A stretch of 64,000 nt of DNA from Candidatus Uhrbacteria bacterium (GTDB taxonomy: Bacteria > Patescibacteriota > Patescibacteriia > UBA9934), in the NCBI GenBank assembly GCA_003453595.1, contig DMOG01000026.1:6567-70566 (forward strand), read 5' to 3'. The first letter of the stretch is position 1. The number at the start of each line of letters is the position of its first letter. A program made the translations under genes and the position numbers. Positions 8,680 to 18,214 of this stretch are shown piece after piece. Under the pieces are notes generated by a model that worked only from the letters and a program-made list of their open reading frames with translations, had not been told where the DNA came from and did no database searches.

Positions 8680-10131
8680 ATGAAACTGTCTTCATTTAAA
8701 AAGAAATGGCCAAACTCAAAAAATACTTCCAAGAAAAAATGGCCAAAAAAAGTGCCAGTGGCCCCGTTGCCAGTAAAGATGATAAAACAAAAGGAAAAAA
8801 TCACAAAATCAGCAAAAGAAATCTCAAGTATTGCTTCGGAAGTTCTTGGCATGAACATTAAGATCACGGAGGAATTTAAAAAAGCTTTTGATGCCATGGA
8901 AAACACCAATGAGCTAATTTTTCTCACTGGACGAGCTGGAACTGGCAAATCAACTCTTTTAAAATACTTTCGCAGCCAAACAAAAAAGAAACATGTCGTG
9001 TTGGCACCAACCGGAGTGGCAGCGCTAAATGTTAAAGGTCAAACAATTCATTCATTTTTCGGCTTTCATCCCAGAATAGAAAAAAGTCTGGTTCGCCGAG
9101 CATATCCAGACAATTTGGAATTTTTTGAAAAAATAGAAACAATCGTGATTGATGAAATTTCCATGGTCCGCGCTGACCTACTTGATTGCGTTGATAAAGC
9201 ACTGCGACTCAATCGCGGTTGTCCTGATCAGATTTTTGGTGGCGTGCAAATGATTTTTATTGGTGATCTTTTTCAGCTACCACCGGTTGTGACTAAAGAA
9301 GATCAATATAAGTTTGAGGGAGAATATACATCACCATATTTTTTCTCATCTGACTGCATGATGAATGCGTCAATAAATATCATCGAACTCCATACAGTAC
9401 ACAGGCAAAAAGAAAAAAACTTTGTTGAGCTTTTAAATAATGTTCGTTGTGGGGCAATAAAATCAGCTGATCGCGAAAAATGGAATAAATATCATGACCC
9501 GCACTTTGATCCAGCTAATACTTCTGACTATGTTGTGCATCTGACCACCACAAATAAAATGGCTAAAGAACGAAATGATTTTGAGTTAAAAAAACTAAAA
9601 GGCAAAGAATTCACACTCAAGGCTCAATCAATCGGCGAGCTTGGTGAACGAAAAATGCCTTCAGACGAGACTATAAAAATAAAAGAAGGCGCACGAGTAA
9701 TGTTTACCACAAACGACCCTGGAAAAAATTGGGTCAATGGCAGTTTGGGAATTGTTCGAAAAATAAAAAGTAAGGGCTTAAAAAAATATCCAATTCTGGA
9801 AGTAGAATTGGAAAATGGCCAGCGGGTTGAAGTGAGCCAACACAAATGGGAAATTTTTGAATATAAATTGCGTGGTAGTAGTTTTGAAGAAGAAACAATT
9901 GGTTCCTACTCACAATATCCCATTGCCCTTGCCTGGGCTGTCACAATTCACAAAGCACAGGGAAAAACTTTCGACAAAGTTTTAGTCGATGTCGGCTGGG
10001 GAGCATTTGCCCACGGCCAAATGTATGTTGCCCTAAGCCGCTGCACAAAACTAGCAGGAATCACCCTCCTAAAACCCTTCAAACCAAGCGATGTGATTGT
10101 AGACAAGGTGGTGTTGGATTTTATGAGTTAA
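8680..10131 (+). CDS. Pif1/RecD-like ATP-dependent DNA helicase with a Lys-rich N-terminal extension
   Basis: Has Walker A GRAGTGKST, 'LAPTGVAALN', Walker B 'VIDEISMV', 'GDLFQLPPV', and a C-terminal 'VTIHKAQGKTFDKV...YVALSRC' typical of the Pif1 family. Confidence 0.8.
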   Translation: MKLSSFKKKWPNSKNTSKKKWPKKVPVAPLPVKMIKQKEKITKSAKEISSIASEVLGMNIKITEEFKKAFDAMENTNELIFLTGRAGTGKSTLLKYFRSQTKKKHVVLAPTGVAALNVKGQTIHSFFGFHPRIEKSLVRRAYPDNLEFFEKIETIVIDEISMVRADLLDCVDKALRLNRGCPDQIFGGVQMIFIGDLFQLPPVVTKEDQYKFEGEYTSPYFFSSDCMMNASINIIELHTVHRQKEKNFVELLNNVRCGAIKSADREKWNKYHDPHFDPANTSDYVVHLTTTNKMAKERNDFELKKLKGKEFTLKAQSIGELGERKMPSDETIKIKEGARVMFTTNDPGKNWVNGSLGIVRKIKSKGLKKYPILEVELENGQRVEVSQHKWEIFEYKLRGSSFEEETIGSYSQYPIALAWAVTIHKAQGKTFDKVLVDVGWGAFAHGQMYVALSRCTKLAGITLLKPFKPSDVIVDKVVLDFMS

Positions 10132-11405
10132 TCTCCCCTTCCCACAACAAACTTATAAAACTTATCATTCTTCCGAACCACCCCTGGGACTTTTATTGTT
10201 ATTAGGTCTCCTTGAACGGCATGATCAACTTGCTTTTCGTCGATCGTGATGCCTTTGGCAACAAATCGCATCAACCCAGTTGATTTTCCGCTGATGACAC
10301 AATTATCATTGTCTTTAATGTCTGACGCATGGACTTTTATTTCAGCAACTCCAGCTTTTGGATAATAATGCTCAACAGTGCCGACTAGTTCTTTATGTTG
10401 AGTTGCCTGCGAATGTGAACCACCGCTCCAATAGCTAAAAGCTTTACCGCGATAAAAACCTTCACTCATCTTTCGGTTGTAAACAGTGCCAAGCCGTTTA
10501 TTCCATTGATCAATCTTTTCTTTGGTATAGCTTCCGTCTTTTATCGAATCAATCGCCTCGTGATAACAACGCACAACTTGATCAACATATTCTGGTGCGC
10601 GACCACGGCCTTCGATTTTTAATGACACAACTCCAGAATCAATAATCTCATCTAGCATTCCAATAGTGCACAGATCCTGAGTACTCATCACATATTCATT
10701 ATCAATATCCATCTGTTTACCAGTTAACTTGTCTGTCACAGTATATGCGCGTCGACACGGCTGACTACACTTTCCACAATTTGCTGAAGTATCATACATA
10801 TACAAGCTCATGCCACATCTGCCACTGACTGCTACGCACATGGCGCCATGAACAAAAACCTCGATTTGAATTAATTCGCCTTTTGGCCCACGAATATCTT
10901 GATGCTTAATTTCATCAACTATCTGCTTAATCTGTTCAAGAGTTAATTCCCGAGCCAAAACAACTCTGTCTGCCCACTGTGAAAAAAACTTCACAGCTTC
11001 AATGTTTGAGATCGAATGTTGAGTTGAGATATGAACTTCAACCCCGACTGATCGTGCATATGCAATGGCTGACATGTCAAAACTAATAATTGCATCAATA
11101 TCTGACTTAGCAACAGCGTTGATTGTTTTCTTCATGTCATCGATGCCTTGATCATAAACCAGAGTATTTAAAGCCAAATAACATTTCACATTATTCTGGT
11201 GACAAATCTGCGCAATCTCACGCAAATCATCAAGCGTGAAAGCAGCGGCCGTATTCTCACGCATATTCATTCCCTTGACCCCAAAATAAACCGCATCACA
11301 ACCAGCGTTTATAGCAGCACCAAGTGCCTCATAGGATCCGGCCGGAGCTAAAAGCTCCACATTATTGGTTTTTTCCATATTGACGAAACTATACGGCATT
11401 TTCAT
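10128..11405 (-). CDS. Peptidase U32 family protein (PrtC/YhbU-like)
   Basis: The N-terminus 'ELLAPAGSYEALGAAINAGCDAVYFG' and a conserved Cys cluster 'CGKCSQPC...C' are characteristic of U32. Confidence 0.75.
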   Translation of the reverse strand: MKMPYSFVNMEKTNNVELLAPAGSYEALGAAINAGCDAVYFGVKGMNMRENTAAAFTLDDLREIAQICHQNNVKCYLALNTLVYDQGIDDMKKTINAVAKSDIDAIISFDMSAIAYARSVGVEVHISTQHSISNIEAVKFFSQWADRVVLARELTLEQIKQIVDEIKHQDIRGPKGELIQIEVFVHGAMCVAVSGRCGMSLYMYDTSANCGKCSQPCRRAYTVTDKLTGKQMDIDNEYVMSTQDLCTIGMLDEIIDSGVVSLKIEGRGRAPEYVDQVVRCYHEAIDSIKDGSYTKEKIDQWNKRLGTVYNRKMSEGFYRGKAFSYWSGGSHSQATQHKELVGTVEHYYPKAGVAEIKVHASDIKDNDNCVISGKSTGLMRFVAKGITIDEKQVDHAVQGDLITIKVPGVVRKNDKFYKFVVGRGD

Positions 11406-11423
11406 GATCTTGAAAAGAATGTG

Positions 11424-11475
11424 CGGTCAGGCCTTTACCCGTTACTTTTTAACGGATAAAGGCCTGACCGCATTG
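11424..11475. terminator. Long hairpin (stem about 22 bp) GCGGTCAGGCCTTTACCCGTTA / TAACGGATAAAGGCCTGACCGC between two minus-strand genes
   Basis: An inverted repeat with one mismatch, seen in the sequence. Confidence 0.5.
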
Positions 11476-11493
11476 TAAAAACACAAACGCCAC

Positions 11494-12012
11494 CTAAGGA
11501 GTGGTGGCGTTGACGGAATTACGGCATTCGAATCGCTTGGTGGCAATACCATTAGATTCGAGGACGGCCGCACAATTATTGCAAAAAATGAATTTAATCT
11601 TTTTGTCACCCGCCTGCGCCAGGCGATTGCCAAACTGCAGCATCCATGGTTTGGCCGGATCGCGCACGCAGATTCCGTATTGCGCGCCAACACAGGTACT
11701 CAAACCAAGTGGATGCTGTCGAGACACTGGCGTCTCGGGCCTTGGTGAGTGCGAGATGATGGCTCTAGCGTCAGAGACAAACCTCTCAATGGCGCGAGCT
11801 CTTTCATCTTGAGTTTTACAAACTCGGCGCTGATGTTCCAAAGCAATTTCTTCCTGCAGAGCCCTTTCTTCTAGCTCCCGATATTCATGATCTCTTCTTG
11901 CCTGTTCTCCTGCCCGGGCCCTGGCAATAGACATACAAGTTGAAAAACGACGCCCAGGATGATGCAGACACCATCCATAGCTTCCCTCGGCACACATATC
12001 AAACTCGATCAT
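11494..12012 (-). CDS. Cysteine-rich hypothetical protein; local GC is elevated (about 52%)
   Basis: The ORF has a strong RBS GGAGGTAGCT directly before ATG (12010-12012) and no recognised family. Confidence 0.45.
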   Translation of the reverse strand: MIEFDMCAEGSYGWCLHHPGRRFSTCMSIARARAGEQARRDHEYRELEERALQEEIALEHQRRVCKTQDERARAIERFVSDARAIISHSPRPETPVSRQHPLGLSTCVGAQYGICVRDPAKPWMLQFGNRLAQAGDKKIKFIFCNNCAAVLESNGIATKRFECRNSVNATTP

Positions 12013-12070
12013 AGCTACCTCCAGTGAATGGACCATATAAAGTGCCTGAAAACAGGGGTTTTGTCAAGGA

Positions 12071-12099
12071 TTGACAATTCTGTGCAGTTTAGCTACACT
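12071..12099 (+). promoter_or_regulatory. Sigma70-like promoter for rpmG (TTGACA, 17-nt spacer, TACACT)
   Basis: Spacing and hexamers were read directly, and the element lies about 25 nt upstream of the rpmG ATG. Confidence 0.5.
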
Positions 12100-12124
12100 A
12101 AGCGCAGTTTTTACAGCTATACCT

Positions 12125-12280
12125 ATGTCACAAGACAACATGATCAAACTCGAGTGTAAGGAATGCAAAACAGTGAATTACCAATCTCACAAGAACAAAA
12201 AGAAGATCCAAGGACGATTGGAAATCAGCAAACATTGCAAGCATTGTGTAAAACACACTGCACACAAAGAGACAAAGTAA
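12125..12280 (+). CDS. rpmG: 50S ribosomal protein L33
   Basis: 'IKLECKECKTVNYQSHKNKKKIQGRLEISKHCKHCVKHTAHKETK' matches the L33 zinc-ribbon pattern (C-x2-C...C-x2-C, HKETK). The start is at MSQDNM; the ORF track frame extends upstream. Confidence 0.85.
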   Translation: MSQDNMIKLECKECKTVNYQSHKNKKKIQGRLEISKHCKHCVKHTAHKETK

Positions 12281-12282
12281 AA

Positions 12283-12306
12283 ACGCGCCCACGGGCGCGT
12301 TTTTCT
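12283..12306. terminator. Bidirectional intrinsic terminator ACGCGCCC-acg-GGCGCGT followed by TTTTT
   Basis: A GC hairpin flanked by A- and T-runs sits between the convergent rpmG and the TPR gene. Confidence 0.7.
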
Positions 12307-12310
12307 TATT

Positions 12311-13114
12311 TTATTTTTTTTTGTGTTTTTTCCTAATATCTTCAATTCGGACTTCAAAATTGTGTATTTTATTATTATCAGGATTAACCTCAATTAACTT
12401 ATCAAGAACATTCATAGCTGTATGAACATCTCCAGTTTCAATAACTGACTCCAGATAAAAATCCAAATACTTTGGATTTTTCGGACTCAATTCCACAGCT
12501 TTTTCAAAATACGCAACACAACCTTCCGTGTCTCCCAACTTTTCTGCTACCTCTCCCAAACTGGCAATAACGCTTGGATCATCTACTGACAACTTATTTA
12601 AATATTCAAATGTTTCTTTGGCTGATTCATAATCTTTGTTTGCCAAATAAACACGACCCAAATGCTCATAGGCATCTTTATTATGGGCATCCAAACTTAT
12701 TACTTGAATTAATTTCTTCTCAGCTAAATCCCAAATCTGTTCATCAATAAATTTATATGCTTCCTCTAGTAAAGTATCAACAATTCTAAGGTCACCTTCC
12801 AAAGCAGCTTTTTGGTGTTTCTGCTGTTGATAGCGACGCTCAGCCGCTGTTAGCTTTCCAGCAATAATACGAAAAATAGTTTGCAAACCACCACCCAAGG
12901 GTTTGATTACATCTTTTTGCGCCTTGATAGCATATTTTCTTCCGGTCCGCTCAATGCGTTGACGAATTAACTCCTGTTTCTTTTTCTTGTCAGCTGAAAC
13001 AGGGACAGATGCAGGATCTAAAAGTCTAAGCTCTGTCCATTTTTGATAAACAAGCCAAGCAATGCACACAACGCCGGCAATAAACAAGATTATAAATAAT
13101 ATAGTCCAAAACAT
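12311..13114 (-). CDS. Membrane-anchored tetratricopeptide-repeat protein
   Basis: Has an N-terminal TM helix and TPR-like repeats (AYEHLGRVYLANKDYESAKETFEYL; AYFEKAVELSPKNPKY). Confidence 0.6.
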   Translation of the reverse strand: MFWTILFIILFIAGVVCIAWLVYQKWTELRLLDPASVPVSADKKKKQELIRQRIERTGRKYAIKAQKDVIKPLGGGLQTIFRIIAGKLTAAERRYQQQKHQKAALEGDLRIVDTLLEEAYKFIDEQIWDLAEKKLIQVISLDAHNKDAYEHLGRVYLANKDYESAKETFEYLNKLSVDDPSVIASLGEVAEKLGDTEGCVAYFEKAVELSPKNPKYLDFYLESVIETGDVHTAMNVLDKLIEVNPDNNKIHNFEVRIEDIRKKHKKK

Positions 13115-13118
13115 AGAT

Positions 13119-13892
13119 TTATAACTCCTGAGCTAGCATTACCTCAGAAGCAGATTGCACGATACCTTCGAACTCACGAATTTTCAAGCTAGCGCCACCG
13201 ACAAGCACCCCGTCTACCTGCGCCTCTCGCAAAAATCCATATGCATTTTTCGCATCAACTGAACCTCCGTAAATAACATGAATTTTAGAATCCTGATGAT
13301 CCGTGATTGTTTTTGCCAGCGAACGAATCAATCCATGCATAAAAACCATATCTGCCACCAGCGCTGCCTGGCCCGATCCAATTGCCCAAACCGGCTCATA
13401 AGCAATAAACAGATCTTTTTGTTTGGGAATCTTTAAATCCTTAAGCGCACTATACAATTGTTCAGAAACATAACCTTCGGCATTGCCTGACTCACGCTCA
13501 CTGGCTGGCTCGCCAACACATAGAATCGGTGTTAGACGAGATTCCATGGCTGACTTTAATCTTTTTGCTACCAGTTCATTATCTTCGGCAAATAAAGTTC
13601 TTCGCTCACTGTGTCCAACCAAAACATAATCACAACCAACATCTTCGAGCATACCAATAGACACTTCACCAGTGAACGATCCTTTTTTCTCAATCGCACA
13701 ATTTTGTGCACCAAGTTTTACTCGTGATCGAGCCATTATCTTGCGCACATCATTTAAAACAGTAAATGAAGGAAAAATAGAAACAATCGGAGTTTTTTCT
13801 TCACCACGCAAAATACGCATCACTGCTCGCGAAAGCGCAATGCTTTCGCGAATTCCTAAATTCATTTTCCAGTTGGCAAAAATATACTTCAT
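13119..13892 (-). CDS. tpiA: Triosephosphate isomerase
   Basis: Shows the motifs ANWKMN, VGHSERR, YEPVWAIGSG, and YGGSV. Confidence 0.9.
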   Translation of the reverse strand: MKYIFANWKMNLGIRESIALSRAVMRILRGEEKTPIVSIFPSFTVLNDVRKIMARSRVKLGAQNCAIEKKGSFTGEVSIGMLEDVGCDYVLVGHSERRTLFAEDNELVAKRLKSAMESRLTPILCVGEPASERESGNAEGYVSEQLYSALKDLKIPKQKDLFIAYEPVWAIGSGQAALVADMVFMHGLIRSLAKTITDHQDSKIHVIYGGSVDAKNAYGFLREAQVDGVLVGGASLKIREFEGIVQSASEVMLAQEL

Positions 13893-13896
13893 ATTT

Positions 13897-15174
13897 CTAA
13901 ATATTAGGTATGCACTTTCTTAAATCAGCATCTGTTTTATACGGGCCAATAGCTGCCATTGATGCTTTTTCAAAACGCAAAATTTCATTGGCTACTCGTT
14001 TTATATCCGAGACTTTTACATCTTGGAATTCCTTTAATATTTGCTCAGGAGTTTTCATGTAACCCAAATGCAATTGTTGACTACCAAAGAAATTTGCCTG
14101 AGCTGATGAATCTTCCCAAATTAGCTTCATTGCGCCTTCGATGTGATCCTTTGTTTTTTGTAATTCTTTTCTATCAACGCCATTTTGTTTTATCTTTTTA
14201 ATTTCCTTAAAGATAATCTTCATCGCGTCTGACAATCTAGCATCATCAAGTCCAGCAAAAATCGTAAAGGCACCAACATCCTCAAAATTACTTACGGAAG
14301 AATGGATGCTATAACAAAGCCCTTTTCTCTCACGGACCTCAACGAATAATCGAGAACTCATCATTCCACCTAACAATGTGGATAAAAGATGAATCGCTGG
14401 CATATCCTTATGTTCACGACCTGGGGTTGGGAACCCAAGCGCAATTTGAATTTGTTTTAGATCTTTATATTTTCGCGTTAATCGGATTTGGTTCTGATCA
14501 GGAATTTCCGATACATGTTCACGAACGGCCAACTGAATTTTTTGTGCCTTGATAGATCCAAAAGTTTTTTCCAAAAGTTGTTTAGTATTTTTTGGAATTG
14601 CTCCGGCCACAACCACAATCATCTGCGAAGGCTGATAATAAGAATCGCGATAAGCCAAAATATCTGATCGTTTCATTTTAATAATTGACTTTGCATCGCC
14701 AGCAATATCTTTTCCCAAATTTGTGCCAGTGAACATTACCTGCTCAATCAAATCGCGAATATGTAAAATTTGATTTTCCTCATACATCTTTATTTCTTCC
14801 AAAATCACTTTTTTCTCACGGGCCAATTCTTTTGCATCAAACTTAGAATTAACTAGCATGTCATGCAATAAATCAACAGCCACCGGTGTTTTATCAGAAG
14901 CAATCTTTACATAATATCCAGTAAAATCTTTACCAGTAAATGCATTGTATTCTGCGCCATAGCGATCAAGTTCTTTGGAAATATCCAAATTACTTGGCCT
15001 CTTTTTGGTTCCCTTAAACATCATGTGCTCAATAAAGTGTGAAGCTCCCCATACTTTATCAGCTTCATAGCGTGAACCAACATTAGCAAGCACAAGCACG
15101 GTCACAGCTTGCGTGCCAGAAAAAGGAACAAGATGATAGTGCAAGCCATTCTTCAGCTGCTTCGCCTTCAACAT
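13897..15174 (-). CDS. M16 family zinc peptidase (pitrilysin-like)
   Basis: Has an inverted zinc motif HFIEH in 'GASHFIEHMMFKGT', and its length and architecture fit M16. Confidence 0.8.
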   Translation of the reverse strand: MLKAKQLKNGLHYHLVPFSGTQAVTVLVLANVGSRYEADKVWGASHFIEHMMFKGTKKRPSNLDISKELDRYGAEYNAFTGKDFTGYYVKIASDKTPVAVDLLHDMLVNSKFDAKELAREKKVILEEIKMYEENQILHIRDLIEQVMFTGTNLGKDIAGDAKSIIKMKRSDILAYRDSYYQPSQMIVVVAGAIPKNTKQLLEKTFGSIKAQKIQLAVREHVSEIPDQNQIRLTRKYKDLKQIQIALGFPTPGREHKDMPAIHLLSTLLGGMMSSRLFVEVRERKGLCYSIHSSVSNFEDVGAFTIFAGLDDARLSDAMKIIFKEIKKIKQNGVDRKELQKTKDHIEGAMKLIWEDSSAQANFFGSQQLHLGYMKTPEQILKEFQDVKVSDIKRVANEILRFEKASMAAIGPYKTDADLRKCIPNI

Positions 15175-15191
15175 AATATGTGAGTAAAATA

Positions 15192-16574
15192 TTAACTTAA
15201 CTTTTCCGCAAAATAAGTTTCTAAATCAGAAATCGCGATTCTTTCTTGCTTCATCGTGTCCCGATCGCGCACAGTAACAGCCTTATCTTCAAGTGAGTCA
15301 AAATCAACGGTTATGCAATATGGAGTTCCAATTTCGTCTTGTCGACGATAACGCTTACCAATTGATTGAGTGATATCAAAATCAACATTATAAATCTTTT
15401 TCAATCCCAACAAGATTTCACGCGCAGGTTCAATCAACTCATCCTTCTTTGATAATGGCAGTACAGCGATTTTGTATGGTGCTAGCTTTGGATGAAGCTT
15501 AAGAACAACTCGCGTGTCACCTTCAACTTCTTCTTCATTATAGGCCTCACACAAGACTGCTAACAAAGTTCGAGCCACTCCAGCAGAAGTCTCGACAACA
15601 TGAGGTACATACTTCTCATTCTTTTCCTGATCCATGTACTCCAACTTTTGCTTGGAATGTTCAGCATGTTGAGTCAAATCATAGTCACCACGAGCATGAA
15701 CACCCTCTAATTCTTTCCAGCCAAACGGATAATTATATTCAATGTCATAGGCTTCCTTAGCATAGAAAACAAGATTCTCATGTTTGTGCCACTGCAGATT
15801 TTCCGGCTTGATTCCAAGATCAACATAGAATTGCATTCTGCGTTCTTTCCACTGGTCATAATACTTCATGGCATCATCTGGATGAACAAAGTATTGCATT
15901 TCCATTTGCTCAAACTCGCGCGTACGAAAAATAAACTGACGAGCAGTAATCTCATTACGGAATGCTTTTCCAATCTGGGCAATACCAAATGGGACTTTTA
16001 CATGCATGGAATCAAGTACATTCTTATAGTTCACATAAATTCCTTGGCAGGTTTCACCACGCAAATAAACAGGTTCTTTTGTCCAATCGCCAGTGAAGTT
16101 GCCTAAGTTTGACTGTACTAGCAAATTAAACTTGCGTACCGGTGTAAAATCTTTTGCCTTACATTTTGGACATTCAAGTTTATCTAAATTTTCATCAAAA
16201 ATCTTTTGTACCTCCTCTTGGTTCATTTTTTCATCAGCAAAAACTCCCACTGCCTCTAACATATGATCAACCCGATGTCGGCTGTGGCATTTTTTACATT
16301 CAGTTAGTGGATCAGAAAACCCGCTAACATGTCCGCTTGCTTCCCAAACCTTGGGCAACATAAAAATCGCACTATCAAGTCCTACCACATCTTCCCGATC
16401 ATGGACCATAGTCTTCCACCAAGCTTGTTTGATGTTGTTCTCTAATTCGACACCAAGTGGTCCAAAATCATAAACCGCGGCAAAACCTCCGTAAATCTCA
16501 GACGATGGAAAAACGAAACCGCGTCGCTTACAAAGCGACACGATCTTTTCCATTAGATTTGCATCTTCTGACAT
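15192..16574 (-). CDS. glyQS: Glycine--tRNA ligase (single-chain, class II)
   Basis: The N-terminus 'RRGFVFPSSEIYGGFAAVYDFGPLG' and class II motifs are present, at about 460 aa. Confidence 0.85.
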   Translation of the reverse strand: MSEDANLMEKIVSLCKRRGFVFPSSEIYGGFAAVYDFGPLGVELENNIKQAWWKTMVHDREDVVGLDSAIFMLPKVWEASGHVSGFSDPLTECKKCHSRHRVDHMLEAVGVFADEKMNQEEVQKIFDENLDKLECPKCKAKDFTPVRKFNLLVQSNLGNFTGDWTKEPVYLRGETCQGIYVNYKNVLDSMHVKVPFGIAQIGKAFRNEITARQFIFRTREFEQMEMQYFVHPDDAMKYYDQWKERRMQFYVDLGIKPENLQWHKHENLVFYAKEAYDIEYNYPFGWKELEGVHARGDYDLTQHAEHSKQKLEYMDQEKNEKYVPHVVETSAGVARTLLAVLCEAYNEEEVEGDTRVVLKLHPKLAPYKIAVLPLSKKDELIEPAREILLGLKKIYNVDFDITQSIGKRYRRQDEIGTPYCITVDFDSLEDKAVTVRDRDTMKQERIAISDLETYFAEKLS

Positions 16575-16575
16575 A

Positions 16576-17109
16576 TTATATAGTTGTTATTTCATCTTCT
16601 TTTTTCTTTCCCATGGCATCAGCTTTTTCTACAAAACTTTTTATTTCCTTTTCCATTGCTTCAAGCTGTCCATGTTTTTCATCTTCACCGATACCCTCTT
16701 GTTTTTCAATTCCCTTTTTTACTTCCTCGCGCACTCGACGAATTGAAACCCGTGTATCTTCTGTTTTTTCCTTAACTTTTTTTACCATGTGCTGACGATT
16801 TTCATCAGTCATCATTGGCATCACCAAACGAATAACCTTCCCTTGCACATTTGGCATCATCCCCAAATCAGCTTCTGTTAATGCTACTTCAATTAACTTA
16901 ACAACTGAACTATCCCAAGGCTCGATTTGAATAGTTTTTGAATCAGGAGTTGAAATTGAAGCAACAGCTTTTAATGGTTGCTTTGACCCCCAAACTTCTA
17001 CAAATATTCCATCAACCAATTCTGGTGTTGAACGACCGGTACGAATGGTTTTAAGCTCTGCATCCAAATGCTCAATAATTTTCTGACAAGATGTTGATAT
17101 TTCACTCAT
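16576..17109 (-). CDS. frr: Ribosome recycling factor
   Basis: A 177-aa protein with 'RTGRSTPELVDGIFVEVWG...', the typical RRF length and pattern. Confidence 0.8.
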   Translation of the reverse strand: MSEISTSCQKIIEHLDAELKTIRTGRSTPELVDGIFVEVWGSKQPLKAVASISTPDSKTIQIEPWDSSVVKLIEVALTEADLGMMPNVQGKVIRLVMPMMTDENRQHMVKKVKEKTEDTRVSIRRVREEVKKGIEKQEGIGEDEKHGQLEAMEKEIKSFVEKADAMGKKKEDEITTI

Positions 17110-17146
17110 AATTGATGTTATTGCTTGAATCTTAGCTTTATTAGAC

Positions 17147-18205
17147 TTACTTGTCTATGGAACGAAAACCGACCAATACTCGACTCATATCATCTGGATT
17201 TACCACTATCACAAATGGAGTTCGAGCCGATGGCAAAGCCTCTGTTACCCATGATTGTCCGCCAGTGCTTGAGCTATAAAGTGTTGTGGCAGTTGTGTAA
17301 TAAACCGCACTAGCATTGTGTGGCGCAAAAGCAACATCCCAAATTCGAGCTTCGCCTGCGGCAGTAATTAATGGCAGAGCATTCCATGTTTCACCTTTAT
17401 CAATGGAAATTAGCAATCCATAGGTGGTATTCATAATAATCGATGTGCCATCTTCGGTTTGCGTAAATCCGTAAACTTCATCTGAATCTTCAAACTCTTT
17501 TCTTAATACATCTTCAAACTCCATCCAGCTAGCTCCGCTATCTGCGCTTCGATAAAATCCTTTTCGATCAGTTCCTACATAAATAATTCTACTATCAGCT
17601 CTGCTGACCTCTAAATCTGTAATATCATCCCCAAATCGCTCTACCACTGACCATGTTGCTCCCGAATCTAATGATTTAATAACTGCTCCTTGTTTATTTC
17701 CTAGCCACAAAATATTTGGGCTATACCAGTCAATGTCAAACGCTGTAATTGTTTCATCGGTTTGATCGATTTTATAAACATCAGTAAAGCTACGCATACA
17801 ATCTGTTGTTTTCATCACTGTACTTGCGGTTGCCACATAGATCGTACATACGCTAGCTGGATTTACTTCAATATCCAAGATAGATCCAGTCTGCGCCTCT
17901 TTAGCGTCTGGTCTTTGCCAAGTAAGTCCAGCGTCATAGGAGAAGAACATACCAGTAGCATCAGTTGCTAAGTAATAAACAGTGGCATCAGAAGGATCAA
18001 TCTCAATATCAGTAACATTAACGCCGGCAATTGAGCCAACGCCACTAGCTTGTGGCAAAGAAGCAAGTTGTGTCCAAGATTTTCCGCTATCTTGTGTTTG
18101 CCATAGGCCACCAGTGGTTGATGAACTCGAGCCCGACGAAAGACATCCAGCTCCAAGTAAAACTAAGGAGCAAATTAGTAAAGAAGATGATAAATAAGAT
18201 TTCAT
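17147..18205 (-). CDS. Lipoprotein with BNR/Asp-box repeats (beta-propeller, sialidase/Ycf48-like fold)
   Basis: Has a lipobox LLGAGC and repeated S-x-D-x-G-x-T/S-W motifs (SGKSWTQ, DAGLTWQ, DSGATWS, DSGASWM, DKGETWN, TGGQSWV). Confidence 0.7.
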   Translation of the reverse strand: MKSYLSSSLLICSLVLLGAGCLSSGSSSSTTGGLWQTQDSGKSWTQLASLPQASGVGSIAGVNVTDIEIDPSDATVYYLATDATGMFFSYDAGLTWQRPDAKEAQTGSILDIEVNPASVCTIYVATASTVMKTTDCMRSFTDVYKIDQTDETITAFDIDWYSPNILWLGNKQGAVIKSLDSGATWSVVERFGDDITDLEVSRADSRIIYVGTDRKGFYRSADSGASWMEFEDVLRKEFEDSDEVYGFTQTEDGTSIIMNTTYGLLISIDKGETWNALPLITAAGEARIWDVAFAPHNASAVYYTTATTLYSSSTGGQSWVTEALPSARTPFVIVVNPDDMSRVLVGFRSIDK

Positions 18206-18214
18206 AGAAAATTT

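Noticed and set aside
11501-11812. 103-aa plus-strand ORF
   Set aside because: It is antisense to the SD-equipped Cys-rich gene and has no start context.
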